Shown here: positions 36,736-49,968 of the stretch, piece by piece
Position numbering within the stretch: the stretch's first letter is position 1
Layout: every line of letters starts with the position of its first letter
Assembly (NCBI RefSeq): GCF_964213995.1
Contig: NC_135830.1
Span: 16,058,001-16,122,000, forward strand
Direction: 5' to 3'
Source of the DNA: Mustelus asterias
Taxonomy: Eukaryota
Length of the DNA stretch: 64,000 nt
The notes under the pieces: generated by a model
What the model was told of the DNA's origin: nothing
What the model saw: the letters and a program-made list of their open reading frames with translations, nothing else
Database searches by the model: none
Position numbers and translations under genes: made by a program

Positions 36736-39700
36736 GAATTTTACTTGAAAAGAATATTTTACAAGCATATGACACTGGCTGTTACATATGCCTCAAGATG
36801 CATTCGGAAAAAAGAATAGAAGTGCTGAAAATCCACTACAAACTGAGCACGAAAAGAGATGCTCATATTGTTGCTCAGCACACATTTTATCAGTTCGTGC
36901 AGTGGCTACAAGAGCAGGTCAGAGGCTGGGAATCTTGCGGTGAGGAATTCACCTCCTGAGTCCCTAAAACCTGGCCACCATTTACAAGGCACAAGTCAAG
37001 AATGTGATGGAATATTTTCCACTTGTCTGGATGATGCATGAACTCACCAAATGCACCTTAGAGAGCAGCTTCCAAACCCAAGACCACTATCACCTGGAAG
37101 CTCCCCTCCAGGCCAATCACCACACTGTCTTGGAAATACATCGCTGTTCCTTCACTGTCACTGGGACAACGTCCTGGAATAACGAAGCCCTCCCACCCCA
37201 CCCCCAACAGCTCTATGGATGTGCCTAAACCAATAGACTGCAGCGGTTCAAGAAGGCAGCTCACCAACACCTTCTCAAGAGCAATTACTGATGGGTAATA
37301 TTGCTGACACAACCAGCTACACCCACATCTCGTTGTTGAATAAAAAGAAACATCCAGCCGGATCCCTGAAAGGGCAATCATGGTGTCCCTTGAACAGGTG
37401 AATGGTGATAAAATGAATGTCTCCTTACAAGTCAAATCTTTTGAAAATATTTTTCTAGCGAGTGTGTTGTGCTGACGGATTCCCTGCAGTTTGTACTTAG
37501 ATTCTCAAACCAAACCACATGTGAACGCATCTCGAAGTCTCTATCGGAAAGAAATGAACAAAACCTGCGGATTGGGCAATAGAAATCAACATTACGTGGC
37601 TCGCCCTAGACCAACGAGCGTGCCCTTCCGGTGCATTAACCAAAATATAACTAATTTGTTTGTATCCAAAGCAGCGCAGACATTTCTGATAAAAGCCATC
37701 AGTGTTGGAAAAAATCAGCACGTCAGCATTTGAGGACTGAATGCACAGTGGTATTGTCACTGGACTAATAATGCAGAGACACAGGGTAACGTCCTGGGGA
37801 ACTGCTTTAGAATCCCACTCTGGCATTCATATCAGAGTTATGCATTGATGATGGTTTTGGGTGACATGTTCCCCCTGCGCTGCGTGGGTTTCGTCCTGTT
37901 GCTCCGGTTTCCTCCCACACTCCAAAGATGTGTCTGTTAGGAGCATTGGCCACGCTAAATAGCCTCTTAGTGTCCGGGGATGCGGAGGCTAGCAGTGTAA
38001 ATATGTGGGCCTACGAGTCTGTTGTTGGTGCAGACTTGATGAGCCAAATGGCCTACTTCTGCACTGGAGGGTTTCCATGATGTTGCTAACTCGAATGTTA
38101 GGAACTGGACGCTTTTGAGTATGAAGTACACATTTTACCCGCTACACAGCACAAACAATGCCGAGCGCCAAGCTCAACGGAGGTGATTTGTTTTCAGCAT
38201 ACCAACAGTAATACCAACCTTGACAACTCATCATAATATGTCACGTCAAACAATATAAGTTCGCTATCAATGCTAAAATAATATTTCTGCTTCGACATTT
38301 GTTTTTAATGACGTTTTCTCCGTCTTGTTACTGGCTGCGGTTGTGAGCCTGCAATTCATGTCCCTATCAGAGTCCATGTCCCTCAATACAAGAAGGCAAC
38401 CGTTACTTTCAACGTGATGCCTCAACGTATCTGGAATGTCAAAATTTAAAAGCGTTCATCCCGCAAATGTCTAAGGGAACAGTGATTTCTGCTGTAAATC
38501 ATAGAATCATCGAATATGCTCAGTCATTAATGCATCATTCTCATCTTCCGTCGAACAATTTCAAACAGTATTTGTTCTTCATTCAACATTTAAAATCTAT
38601 ACATTTAATTAACATATATGTCCTCATTCCGAATTGAATATCTCTGAAATGTACAAAAATGGAATGCAAACATGACTGACCAACAAAAGAAATCGAGCCA
38701 CCGGGTCATACACATACCAATCAAGAAATGTCTTTCTATTTGTCTCATTCAGTGAATTCATAATGATCAGAGAGTATGAGGATGCCGCAGTAAATATGAA
38801 ACGGATAAGTGAAGTCAGCAACACTCATTTCAGGTCATTTGTGATCTCTGCTGATGCATTGGTTGGAAATGAACATTCTTCACCTGATATAAGGAGAGAT
38901 GGACTTAGGCGCATAGGATTCACAGAATAATAGGGAGTGAAATGGACAGAAACACAATGACAATGACAAGTCAGTGAAAGAGTTAGGGGGAGATACAGTG
39001 AGAGAAGCAGATAGAAAAAGGAGAAGCAATGATTGAGATGGCAGAAGAAATTCAAGGAAGGCATAAAATCAACAGTATAAAGTACAATCTGATATGGGAA
39101 AGATTTATCTTGAAATATCATTTAAATTGAACTCTGATTGTGGAGCATAAGACCACAGGTTCATTTAAATAAATTTAAATTTGGGGCACAGATCAAGGAA
39201 GTTGACGAATGTAGCAGAGTCCAAAAAAATATCGTGGTCTCCTAACAAGTAAGGCAAATTATAAGGATGGGTGCAGTTTTCTGAATTGGCGACTTATGAT
39301 GAGAATTATGAGAGTCCCCATTCCCCCAGTGCCATGCGTCTTATTGATTGATTAGGTGCAGTGGTCAGGAATACGTAATGAATGGGCTCCCTCTGTTGGC
39401 GGTGACTGTTAAATTGCCTTATTTCTGGAGATTCACTGTATTCATTATATTCTCAAATTATGTGAATGCCAAATGTTCCCTGATTTGTATTATTGTTATT
39501 GTGATGTAAACTATAGGTTGTAGGACTAGTGTGAAACTGAATGCGAGTTGTTTTCTGCACAAATAGCTTTGAAATTTGCTGTTGAGTGCAATGACGTTGG
39601 GTTCAACGCCTGCAATGTTCTGCGAACATTCCCCAATTTAAAAGTAATTCTTTAATTCAAACCGTGGTCGCAAACAATGGGTATATTCCCATTACCATGA

Positions 39701-39981
39701 CATTAATTGTATCGTAGCTCGATGCATTTCCATTCTCTGGTTTCCAGCCCACCACCGACTTGTAGAGCAAGAGCACAAAAGTGGCCTGATTGTCTTTTGG
39801 AAGAATGAGTCGAGTATGGTTCTGTGCTGGATCTGCCTGCCAGGTTGGATTTTGGGTGGTGGTTTCATCTGAGGTTAACTTGGTTTCCTCTGTGTGTGTG
39901 TTTGAGAGGCTGACAGCTCAGATAACATCTGGCCATTAAGCAATCCTCAATCGTCACGGGATCGTTCCTCCAGTGTAAGCA

Positions 39982-40153
39982 GGCTTTTGCACGAAGGTGG
40001 GCCTTCTTTCTATCATTGTGCGTCTGAACACGCAGTAATAAGCGGCAGCATCAGTCAGGCTCAGGTCTAATATATTTAAACTGATGAATTTCTTCGAGGC
40101 CTGGAGATCTACATAAAACCGACTTTTAGAAACATCTGCTTTATATTCATAAC
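39982..40153 (-). pseudogene. 3' half of a TCR V (40021-40153) with an intact 23-RSS (39982-40020), cut by an ERV LTR
   Basis: YEYKADVSKSRFYVDLQASKKFISLNILDLSLTDAAAYYCVFR; cacaatg-23-gcaaaagcc; LTR terminus tgtcagggg begins at 40154. Confidence 0.9.
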
Positions 40154-40751
40154 TGTCAGGGGAAGTTTCTTGCTTCATACCACCAAAAAAGACAAGCAGA
40201 CATGAGTACAGTACAAACAGGCAACACAAGCTTTATTCCCTGTCCAAATAAAAAGCCACAGGCTTGGGGGAAGACAGCTGCTAGCCAACAGCTTTCTGTG
40301 GCCATTGTGCGCTTTACAATTTATAGGGTTTTGAACTTCGCGCCAAATGTATGGTAATGGGCTCATTCAAAGTGGTTGCTGATAACATGAATGGAACCCA
40401 CGTGGGTTATTGTCATTCACTACAAGTTATGTGATCAGTAACTACTAAAACAAATAACACAAAGCAGTGACACAAAAGCGAAGTATTGAAAAGCCATTAT
40501 AGATAGTTGGAGTTGATCTGTGGCTAATGATGAAGTGATCATATTTCCCCTGGGCTGATCTCATTCTGGAGGGTTCCCTTTGTGATTTGAAGTTCTTGCA
40601 TAATCGAATCAGTTGAGCTATTGTCTATGTTTTCCCTGCCTGGAGTCTACAGTGATTAAGACTGAAGTGATTAGGGGGTGCAAGGAGCCTCTCCATGAGT
40701 CATTGTATTGCTGTGAGGTGCTGACAACATTTCCCATCATTCATTACCGGG

Positions 40752-42306
40752 CAAAGAACAACAAAGAACAAAGAACAGTACAGCACAGGAAACAGGCCCT
40801 TCGGCCCTCCAAGCCTGTGCCGCTCCTTGGACCAACTGGATCATTCGTTTGTATCCCTCCATTCCCAGGCTGCTCATGTGACTTTCCAGGTAAGTCTGAA
40901 ACGATGCCAGCGTGTCTGCCTCCACCACCCTACTTGGCAGTGCATTCCAGGGCCCCATCACTCTCTGTGTAAAAAACGTCCCTCTGATATCTGAGTTTTA
41001 CCTCGCCCCTCTCACATTGAGCCCGTGATGCCTCGTAATCGTCACCTCCAACCTGGGAAAAAACTTCCCACTGTTCACCCTATCTATACCCTTCATAATT
41101 TTGTACACCTCTATTAGGTCTCCCCTCATTCTCTGTTTTTCCAGGGAGAACACGCCCAGTTTACCCAATCTCTCCTCATAGCTAAGACCTTCCACACCAG
41201 GCAACATCCTGGTAAACTTTCTCTGCACTCTCTCTAAAGCCGCCACGTCCTTCTGGTAGTGCAGCGACCAGAACTGGATGCAGTACTCCAAATGTGGCCT
41301 AACCAGCGTTCTATACAGCTGCAACATCAGACGCCAGCTTTTATATTCTATACCCCATCCTATTAAGGCAAGCATACCATATGCCTTCTTCACCACCTTC
41401 TCCACCTGTGCTGCCATCTTCAAGGATTTGTGGACTTGCACACCTAGGTCCTTCTGTGTTTCTATACTCTTGATGGCTCTGCCATTTATTGTATAACTCC
41501 CCCCCCCCACATTAGATCTTCCAAAATGCATCACTTCGCAGTTATCTGGATTAAATTCCATCTGCCATTTCTCCACCCAATTTTCCAGCCTATCTATATG
41601 CTGCTGTATTGTCCGACAATGTTCATCGCTATTCCCAAGTCCAGCCATCTTCGTGTCATCCGCAAACCTGCTGATAACACCAGTTACACCTTCTTCCAAA
41701 TCATTTATATATCTCACAAATAGCAGAGGTCCCAGTACAGAGCCCTGTGGAACAGCACTGGTCACAGATCTCCAGCCAGAAAAAGACGCTTCGACTGCTA
41801 CCCTCTGTCTCTTGTGGCCAAGCCAGTTTTCTACGCATCTAGCCACCTCTCCTTGTATCCCATGAGCCTTAACCTTCTTAACCAACCTGCCATGTAGGAC
41901 TTTGTCAAATGTCTTACTGAAATCCATATAGACGACATCCACGGCCCTTCCTTCGTCAACCATTTTTGTCACTTCCTCAAAAAACTCCACCAAATTTGTA
42001 AGGCACGACCTCCCTCTTACAAAACCATGCTGTCTGTCACTAATGAGATTGTTCCGTTCTAAATGCGCATACATCCTGTCTCTAAGATTCCTCTCCAACA
42101 ACTTCCCTACCACGTACGTCAAGCTCACTGACCTATAATTACTCGGGTTATCCCTGCTACCCTTCTTAAATAACGGTACCACATTCGCTATCCTCCAATC
42201 CTCAGGGACCTCACCTGCGTCCAACGAAGAGACAAAGATTTCCGTCAGAGGCCCAGCAATTGCATCTCTTGTCTCTCTGAGCAATCTAGGATAGATGCCA
42301 TTAGGC
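40752..42306 (-). mobile_element. CR1 LINE inserted in the ERV 3' LTR
   Basis: RT ORF with [15 protein letters not shown] and FADD; (aacaaag)n tail; LTR homology resumes on both sides. Confidence 0.92.
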
Positions 42307-42611
42307 ATCATGAATTCGATATAACCGCGCAAAAATGTCCATGACATTAAGCATCAAAGTCGTCCCCTTCCACACCTCCTCTTGCTCCTGGGCGCCCTCC
42401 TTGCACCCCAGTGAGCACACCATCTTGATTGAAGAGTTCGATGATTTCTTAGAGATTCCAGAGTGTTTAAAAGATGTTCAATAATTCGTCAAAGAGTCTT
42501 TGGTTTCCTTCAGTTGACAGACCTGGCGTGAGCCATGCTCCTCCGAGCTCCAATGATGGGTGTCTGCTGGAGGTGTCTCCATGGCGGTCTTTAAATAAAT
42601 CTTGTCGCTGC

Positions 42612-43893
42612 CTAGGCAGTGTGGTCGCGGAGCTGCGGTTGAGAAGGAGTCTCGGTGCGATACGCGGCGACAGCAGTTAGCCTGGGCACAAAACCTTTAC
42701 AAATTGCACTCAGACAGTCAGTCAGCACACAGCAAGCAATGACTATGCCAATTAGAACCATGGCTCCCTGCATTAAAAATACCCCCCATGAGCCCCCCAT
42801 CAGCCAATCCATCCAACTGCTGTTGGGGATCTCATGTAGTTTGTCACTTCGTTGTGAATGTGTTCCGCTAAATTCGTAAGGTTCTCTGAGGCGTCAGGGA
42901 TATATGTACAGCATTCTGTTCCTATTAAGGCACAGGTACCTCCCTTACTCGCAAGGAGATAATCTAAGGCTAGGCGGTTCTGTAGGGCTACTGTACTAAG
43001 GGCTATTAGCTCGCTGTTTACCTCTGCCCCAGCCTCCGCAGTAGCATTAGCAACTTCTTCCAGAATGCGATTTTCTTTTTGCACTCGTGCTGTGAGTTCG
43101 CCCCTCTGTAATCCTAGCCCTCCCAGGGAAGGAATAAGGATTCCCAGGTACGGAAAGGCCCCCCTCCTCTGGATACCCTCCTTCCATCGGCGATGCTCCT
43201 TTAGGGTGGGGATGTGGTGTATGTAGGGAATAGCATAGCCTAGATAGCATGACCCTGCCCAATCATGGGGGAACCAAGGGTATGCCCTGTGACCGCAGAC
43301 AAAGTAAGTTCCATTATAAGCAGCAGGGCTGTTTAAAATTCCTGGCTGCAGAAGGATCTGCACCGTGCTGTTTGGTGCACACTGGACTCTAAGGGAACTA
43401 TCAGGTGCTGCTGGCGTAATGTTGAAGGCGTGGCTACAGTCGCTCTTCCCGACTCTGAGGGCCCTGTCTGTCCCTGTTTTGGATATACAGACTGGCCTGA
43501 TTGGGCGCCCTGTCCCAGTGGTGTTCGTCAGGGTCAGGGAGGGTGACTGGTGTGTGCGGTCATGACCCAGCAGTCGCCATCTACCGAGTGTCCCTGCCTT
43601 GCACCCAGCAGACTGTAGCTTCTCCTGTATAGATTTAAGGTGGTGCGTGAGGCTCCTGCCTGCTTCCTGTATAACCCACTCTACGGTCTCTTGGGCTCTC
43701 AAAGGGATTGGCCTGAGGGGGATTCCAACTTTGGAATGTGGGTACATATCCAGCATTTCGATGCATTCCATTTCTTAGCATATACACGCGACAAATACAA
43801 GTACGTATTTACATTCAACTCGCGTCGGTAACGTTTTGAGAGACAGTCTCCCCTGGCACGCAGTAAAGCATAAAAACAAACAGCGATATACAT
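42612..43893 (-). pseudogene. env: ERV env (frameshifted)
   Basis: Basic cleavage site followed by a hydrophobic fusion peptide, immunosuppressive motif LQNRLALDYLL, CX6CC (CALIGTECC) and a TM helix. Confidence 0.9.
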
Positions 43894-44850
43894 CTTCCTG
43901 TCCGGTGCTGTGACCTGCCTGAAAAACAGGTAGAATGAGCTTGGAGGTACAATTATTCTTATTAGACTCGCATTACTGGATCATTGCTGTTCTCGCATCT
44001 TTTTAGTTGTGACCAATGCTTCCATTGCCCCTTTCCCCTGATTTCAACGCAGGCGCAGGTATCCCCACTAATGAGGACTCGGTGTCGTCCCGACCACCGG
44101 GGCGCTAGACCAGGCCTTTCAGGTAGCAATGTAACCATTACATGGGATCCTGCTTTTCGCACTGTGGCCTGTTCAGGGTACTGCCTTTCTTTATCTTTAA
44201 GTTCCTGCTGTTCTCTCGCCTGCTGTCTCATTTCTTTTAGCTGCTCACTCAGTTCTAAGACATATCTGCTGATTTTGTCTGTTAAGGGTCCAACATCTTC
44301 CCCTCCGGTAATTATGCCTGGGGGCAATTGCGTGGCCCGCCCGGTCATCAGTTCGTAACGCGATTAGGTGATGAGTTTCATAAGCACAGTGGGTAGGACC
44401 TCTGTCCTCCTGTTGTGTTTTCCATGTCAAGCCTTTGCGAGAGCGGACTGCAGGGTCCGATTCATCCTCTCGACCATACCTGAACTCTGTGGATGGTAGG
44501 GGATGCGGAACTTCTGCTTTATTCCCATCGACTCGCACGTCTTTTTCATAACTGTTCCCGTGAAGTGGGTGCCCTGATCGGAATCGATCTGCAAAGGGAC
44601 CCCCATCTGGGAAATACTTCACTCGCTAGGATTTCTGCAACAGTGGAAGCAATGCAATCCGGGTGGGGAATGCTTCCACCCACCGGGTGAATAGGTCAAT
44701 TATGACTAAACAATATCTCTTGCCCCGTGATGCGGGAAGTGGTCCTGTGAAATCTATCTGGAGATTTTCCCAAGGCCCCCGGGGTCTTGGATGGTGAGCC
44801 ATTCGGATCTTTATGGGTAGCCCGCGGTTGTGCTGCGCGCATATGAGACA

Positions 44851-47093
44851 TAGAACATAGAACATAGAAAGCCACAGCACAAACAGGCCCTTCGGCCCAC
44901 AAGTTGCGCCGATCACATCCCCACCTCTAGGCCTATCTATAGCCCTCAATCCCATTAAATCCCATGTACTCATCCAGAAGTCTCTTAAAAGACCCCAACG
45001 AGTTTGCCTCCACCACCACCGACGTCAGCCGATTCCACTCACCCACCACCCTCTGAGTGAAAAACTTACCCCTGACATCCCCCCTGTACCTACCCCCCAG
45101 CACCTTAAACCTGTGTCCTCTCGTAGCAACCATTTCAGCCCTTGGAAATAGCCTCTGAGAGTCCACCCTATCCAGACCCCTCAACATCTTGTAAACCTCT
45201 ATCAGGTCACCTCTCATCCTTCGTCTCTCCAGGGAGAAGAGACCAAGCTCCCTCAACCTATCCTCATAAGGCATGCCCCCCAATCCAGGCAACATCCTTG
45301 TAAATCTCCTCTGCACCCTTTCAATGGCTTCAACATCTTTCCTGTAATGAGGTGACCAGAACTGCGCGCAGTACTCCAAGTGGGGTCTAACCAGGGTCCT
45401 ATAAAGCTGCAGCATTATCTCCCGACTCCTAAACTCAATCCCTCGATTAATGAAGGCTAGTACGCCATACGCCTTCTTGACCGCATCCTCCACCTGCGAG
45501 GCCGATTTAAGAGTCCTATGGACCCGGACCCCAAGGTCCCTCTGATCCTCTAATCTGCTAAGAATGGTACCCTTCATTTTATACTGCTGCTCCATCCCAT
45601 TGGATCTGCCAAAATGGATCACCACACACTTATCCGGGTTGAAGTCCATCTGCCACTTCTCCGCCCAGTCCTGCATTCTATCTATGTCTCGCTGCAACTT
45701 CTGACATCCCTCCAAACTATCCACAACACCACCTACCTTGGTGTCGTCAGCAAACTTACCAACCCATCCCTCCACTTCCTCATCCAGGTCATTTATGAAA
45801 ATGACAAACAGCAAGGGTCCCAGAACAGATCCCTGGGGCACTCCACTGGTCACTGACCTCCATGCAGAGAAAGACCCCTCCACAGCCACTCTCTGCCTTC
45901 TGCAGGCAAGCCAGTTCTGGATCCACAAGGCAACAGCCCCTTGGATCCCATGCCCTCTCACTTTCTCAAGAAGTCTTGCATGGGGGACCTTATCGAACGC
46001 TTTGCTGAAGTCCATATAGACCACATCCACCGCTCTTCCTTCGTCAATGTGCTTGGTCACATTTTCAAAGAACTCAACCAGGCTCGTAAGGCACGACCTG
46101 CCCCTGACAAAGCCGTGCGGACTACTTTTGATCATACTAAACTTCTCTAGATGATCATAAATCCTGTCTCTCAGGATCCTCTCCATCAACTTACCAACCA
46201 CTGAGGTTAGACTCACCGGTCGGTAATTTCCCGGGCTGTCCCTGTTCCCTTTCTTGAATATAGGGACCACATCCGCAATCCTCCAATCCTCCGGAACCTC
46301 TCCCGTCTCCATCGACGATGCAAAGATCATCGCCAAAGGCTCCGCAATCTCCTCCCTCGCCTCCCACAGTAACCTGGGGTACATCCCATCCGGTCCCGGC
46401 GACTGACCAACCTTGATGCCATTCAATAGTTCCAACACATCCTCTTTCTTTATGTCCACATGCTCGATCCTTTCTGTCCTCCGCAATCCAGCAGTACAAC
46501 CACCCAGATCCATTTCCACCGTGAATACCGAGGTAAAGTATTCATTAAGCACCTCCGCCATTTCTAACGGTTCCGCACAAACTTTTCCCCCTTCACCTTT
46601 TAAGGGTCCTATGCCTTCACATCTCATCCTTTTACTCTTGACATATTTGTAGAAAGCCTTGGGATTCTCCTTAATCTTACCCGCCAAGGTCTTCTCATGA
46701 CCCCTTCTCGCTCTCCTAATTTCCTTCTTAAGCTCCTTCCTACATCGCGTATACTCCTCTAAATCCTTAACACCTCCTAGCTCTCTGAACCTTCTGTACG
46801 CCTCTCTTTTCTTATTTACCAGGTTCATCACAACCTTCGTGCACCACGGTTCCCGTACCCTACCAACACCCCCCTGTCTCATCGGAACGTTGTCATGCAG
46901 AGCTCCAGACAAACATTCCTTGAAAATCCTCCACTTTCCTTCGGCACTTTTCCCCAAGAATGCCTCCTTCCAATTTACCCGTCTAATTTCCTCCCTGATG
47001 ACACTGTATTTCCCTTTACTCCAGAGAAACACTTTCCTAGCCTGCCTGACCCTATCTCTTTCCAATGCTGTCGTGAAGGAGATAGAATTATGA
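44851..47093 (-). mobile_element. Young CR1 LINE (710-aa uninterrupted RT region, 5'-truncated) inserted in the ERV integrase
   Basis: Integrase reads AEYCQR | CLICAQH across the insert; (catagaa)n tail. Confidence 0.95.
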
Positions 47094-48511
47094 TCGCTGA
47101 CAGTATTCAGCTATGTCTCTTCCCATCGCCGGCCACCAATCCCTACTCAGGAGATGATTCATGGCGTTTCTGCCAGTGTGATCACGGCCATGGTTTAACT
47201 GCAGCAGGGTGCGCCTGATGCAATCTGGGGCTATTACCTTTCTTTCCTTCCTCCAGGCGCCCTGGGCATCTGGTTTCCCGCCTCTTTCTTCCCAGACCTG
47301 CTTCTCTGCCTCGGGGGTGTCCCGGTGTAACTGGACTATATCCACACTGTCTGTGGTGATACTAGGTGTTGGGAGAGCGTCACTTAAAACCTGCTGCGCT
47401 GCCTTATCAGCTGCAGCGTTCCCTGCTTGTTCTGGAGTTTCTATTTCCCTATGCACTTTGACTTTAATTACTGCTGCTTCTTTGGGCAGCTTTGAGGCGC
47501 GGGATAGAGCTTCAATCCTTTCCTGGTGCTTTATCATGTCCCCTCCCGACGTGACAAGCCCCCTGCGATCCCAGGCGGCCATATAATCATGTATGACTCC
47601 GAACGCGTATTGGCTGTCGGTATATACATTCACGGTTTTGCCCTCTGCCAGGGTCAGGGCCTGTGTTAAAGCCTCTAATTCTGCGACTTGTGCTGACAGG
47701 GTGCTGGCTAATCGCCCTGAGGCTTCCACTTCTAACTTGTCGATAACTGCTGCCCACCCTGTTTTGGGGGTACCGTCAATATATTTCCAGGACCCATCTA
47801 CATAGAATCTTCAATCAGCCTGTCCTCAGGGGAATTCTTCTACTGGGGCTGCATCTACCTCTAGGTCGATTTCAGCGCACACATGTAATTCGCCAGTGGC
47901 TAAAATCCCTGCAGCGGGGTTTACTCCTGTGTCCCTTATTATAGTGATTGATCGACCTTTGGGGAGCAGAACTGATTCCCACTTAGCTCTCCTTTAATTA
48001 GAGACTGCTCTGAGCTTACTATTGTTAAGCATTTCAACGATGGTATGCCTGGTGTGGAGGATGATTTCCCCCGTCATCACCGTGGGCTCGCTAATACTAA
48101 CTGCCCATGCAGCACAGTCAATTGCTGCAACGCAGCAGGACGAGCCGGCTGCCACTGGTGACTGCTGTGTGGAGCAGTAAGCTACGGGTCGCAGGGTTTC
48201 CCCATGTGTTTGGGCTATTACTGCGGCATAGAATCCCTCCTCATTCTCACAAAATATATGGAAGGGCTTCCTCGGGTCAGGTAAACCGAGACTCGGAACT
48301 GCTATAAAGGCTTGTTTTAACCTTGCATAAGCTTCCTCCTGTTCGGGTCCCCATTCTATCAGTTTGCCCCCCGGGGCCTCCCCCATTTACGAGCCGCTGT
48401 ATGGGCTCGGCTAAGGTGGCAAAATTGGGAATAAAGGTTCGGCTGTAGTTGAACGGTCCCAAAACCTTGCGGACTCCCCTCAGGGAGACTGGCCTGGGCA
48501 TGACCTGGATG

Positions 48512-48744
48512 TGGAGATGCCAGCGTTGGACTGGGGTAAACACAGTAAGAGTTTTAACAACACGAGGTTAAAGTCCAAAAGATTTATTTGGTAGCAAATG
48601 CCATTAGCTTTCGGAGCGCTGCTCCTTCGTCAGATGGAGTGGATATCTGCTCCATCTGACGAAGAACCAGCGCTCCAAAAGCTAATGGTATTTGCTACCA
48701 AATAAACCTGTTGGACTTTAACCTGGTGTTGTTAAAACTCTTAC
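48512..48744. mobile_element. Palindromic Penelope-derived mini-element with two opposed hammerhead motifs, inserted in the ERV RT
   Basis: Arms of about 100 bp centred near 48645; TSD catgacct(g/c)gatg at 48499-48511 and 48745-48757; motifs at 48601-48637 (-) and 48652-48688 (+, degenerate). Confidence 0.85.
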
Positions 48745-49968
48745 CATGACCTCGATGGAAACCCTCCTCTCGTGAGGCATGGTCCGAGTACCCTGGGATA
48801 TCTCCTGTCCATGTACATGACAGTGTCTCTTCCTGTATGGGCCTTTTTGGGGTTCATCGTCAACCAGCCCCTTTCTAAGGCTCGCAGCACCTCAATCAGG
48901 GCTACAGGATGTCCTTGCCTGTCTTCTGAGGCAATTAGGATGTCGTCCACATACTGAAGGACAGTGAAGCGGTCGGGGGTGAGATCTACTCCCTCTAATA
49001 TCCTATTCATAACCTGGTGGAAGATGGCGGGACTGTTGTGGAACCCCTGAGGGAGTCTCGTCCAGGTATATTGCTTTTCGCCCACAGTGAATGCAAATTT
49101 GTCCTGAGACTCCGTGTCTAACGGCACCGACCAGAAGCCATTTGCTATGTCTAACACCGTGAAAATGCTGTACTTAGGGCCCTATCCATTCAGGATTATG
49201 GAGGGGCGTGCCACTATGGGATGTACTTTTGGGGTGACTTTGTTAAGCTCTGTATAATCGATTGTTAAACGGAAGGTTTTATCGGGCTTTGCTACTGGCC
49301 ATACTGGGGAGTTTGTGGTACTAGTAGTGGAGCGTATTACCCCCCTCCCTTCTAGGTCCTGTACACGAGCCCACACGGCTTGGTATGCCTCCGGCTTTAT
49401 GGGGTACTGTCTGTGTGGTTTGTGGTCTGGGGTGGGAACATGGACCGGATCCATAGGAACCTTTCCTGTGTCCTGCTTATCCCTGGCCCATACTTCTGTC
49501 AGTACTTTACAAATTATTCCAAAAGGCTGGGGCTCTGTGTCCCAGTCCCTCTGAAACATTTTAACGCTCCCGATCATTGCGATGCTTTGGCAGGATTGGT
49601 GGAGCTTACATTTGTTCCCATTACTGTGGGACCAATGAATCTTATGATTCCTGGGGTCTATGAGTATGCTTAATTCCTCTAAAATATCCATTCCTAGCAT
49701 AGTTCCCTCGTTGTTCTGGAATACAAAGAACTGGACCGGCACCGGTCGCCCTGCTACCTCTGAGACTACCGTCTTGCTCTTGTAAGCCTTAATACAAGTT
49801 CCCCCCTACCCCAACTAGGTGGGTGTAATCCTTGGTCACGGGAAGGGGTAGGTCGGTCAGGGATACAGAGGCTCCTGTGTCTACTAACATTTCGCAAGGC
49901 AGGCCCCCCAGGAGGGCAGGCACGTAGACAAACTTGTCTCCCTCTGTGTCTATGGGAGCCGCCTGTGC

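Larger units (their letters stand above)
43962..49968 (-). pseudogene. pol: ERV pro-pol (protease, RT, RNase H, integrase), disrupted
   Basis: LVDTGAS protease; LPQGF..QYVDD RT; SAQVAEL..YTDS RNase H; HHCC and QIDFTGPL integrase. Confidence 0.92.

Noticed and set aside
37450-37640. V-like peptide DSLQFVLR...RIS...NLRIG
   Set aside because: No Cys/Trp anchors, YYC or RSS.
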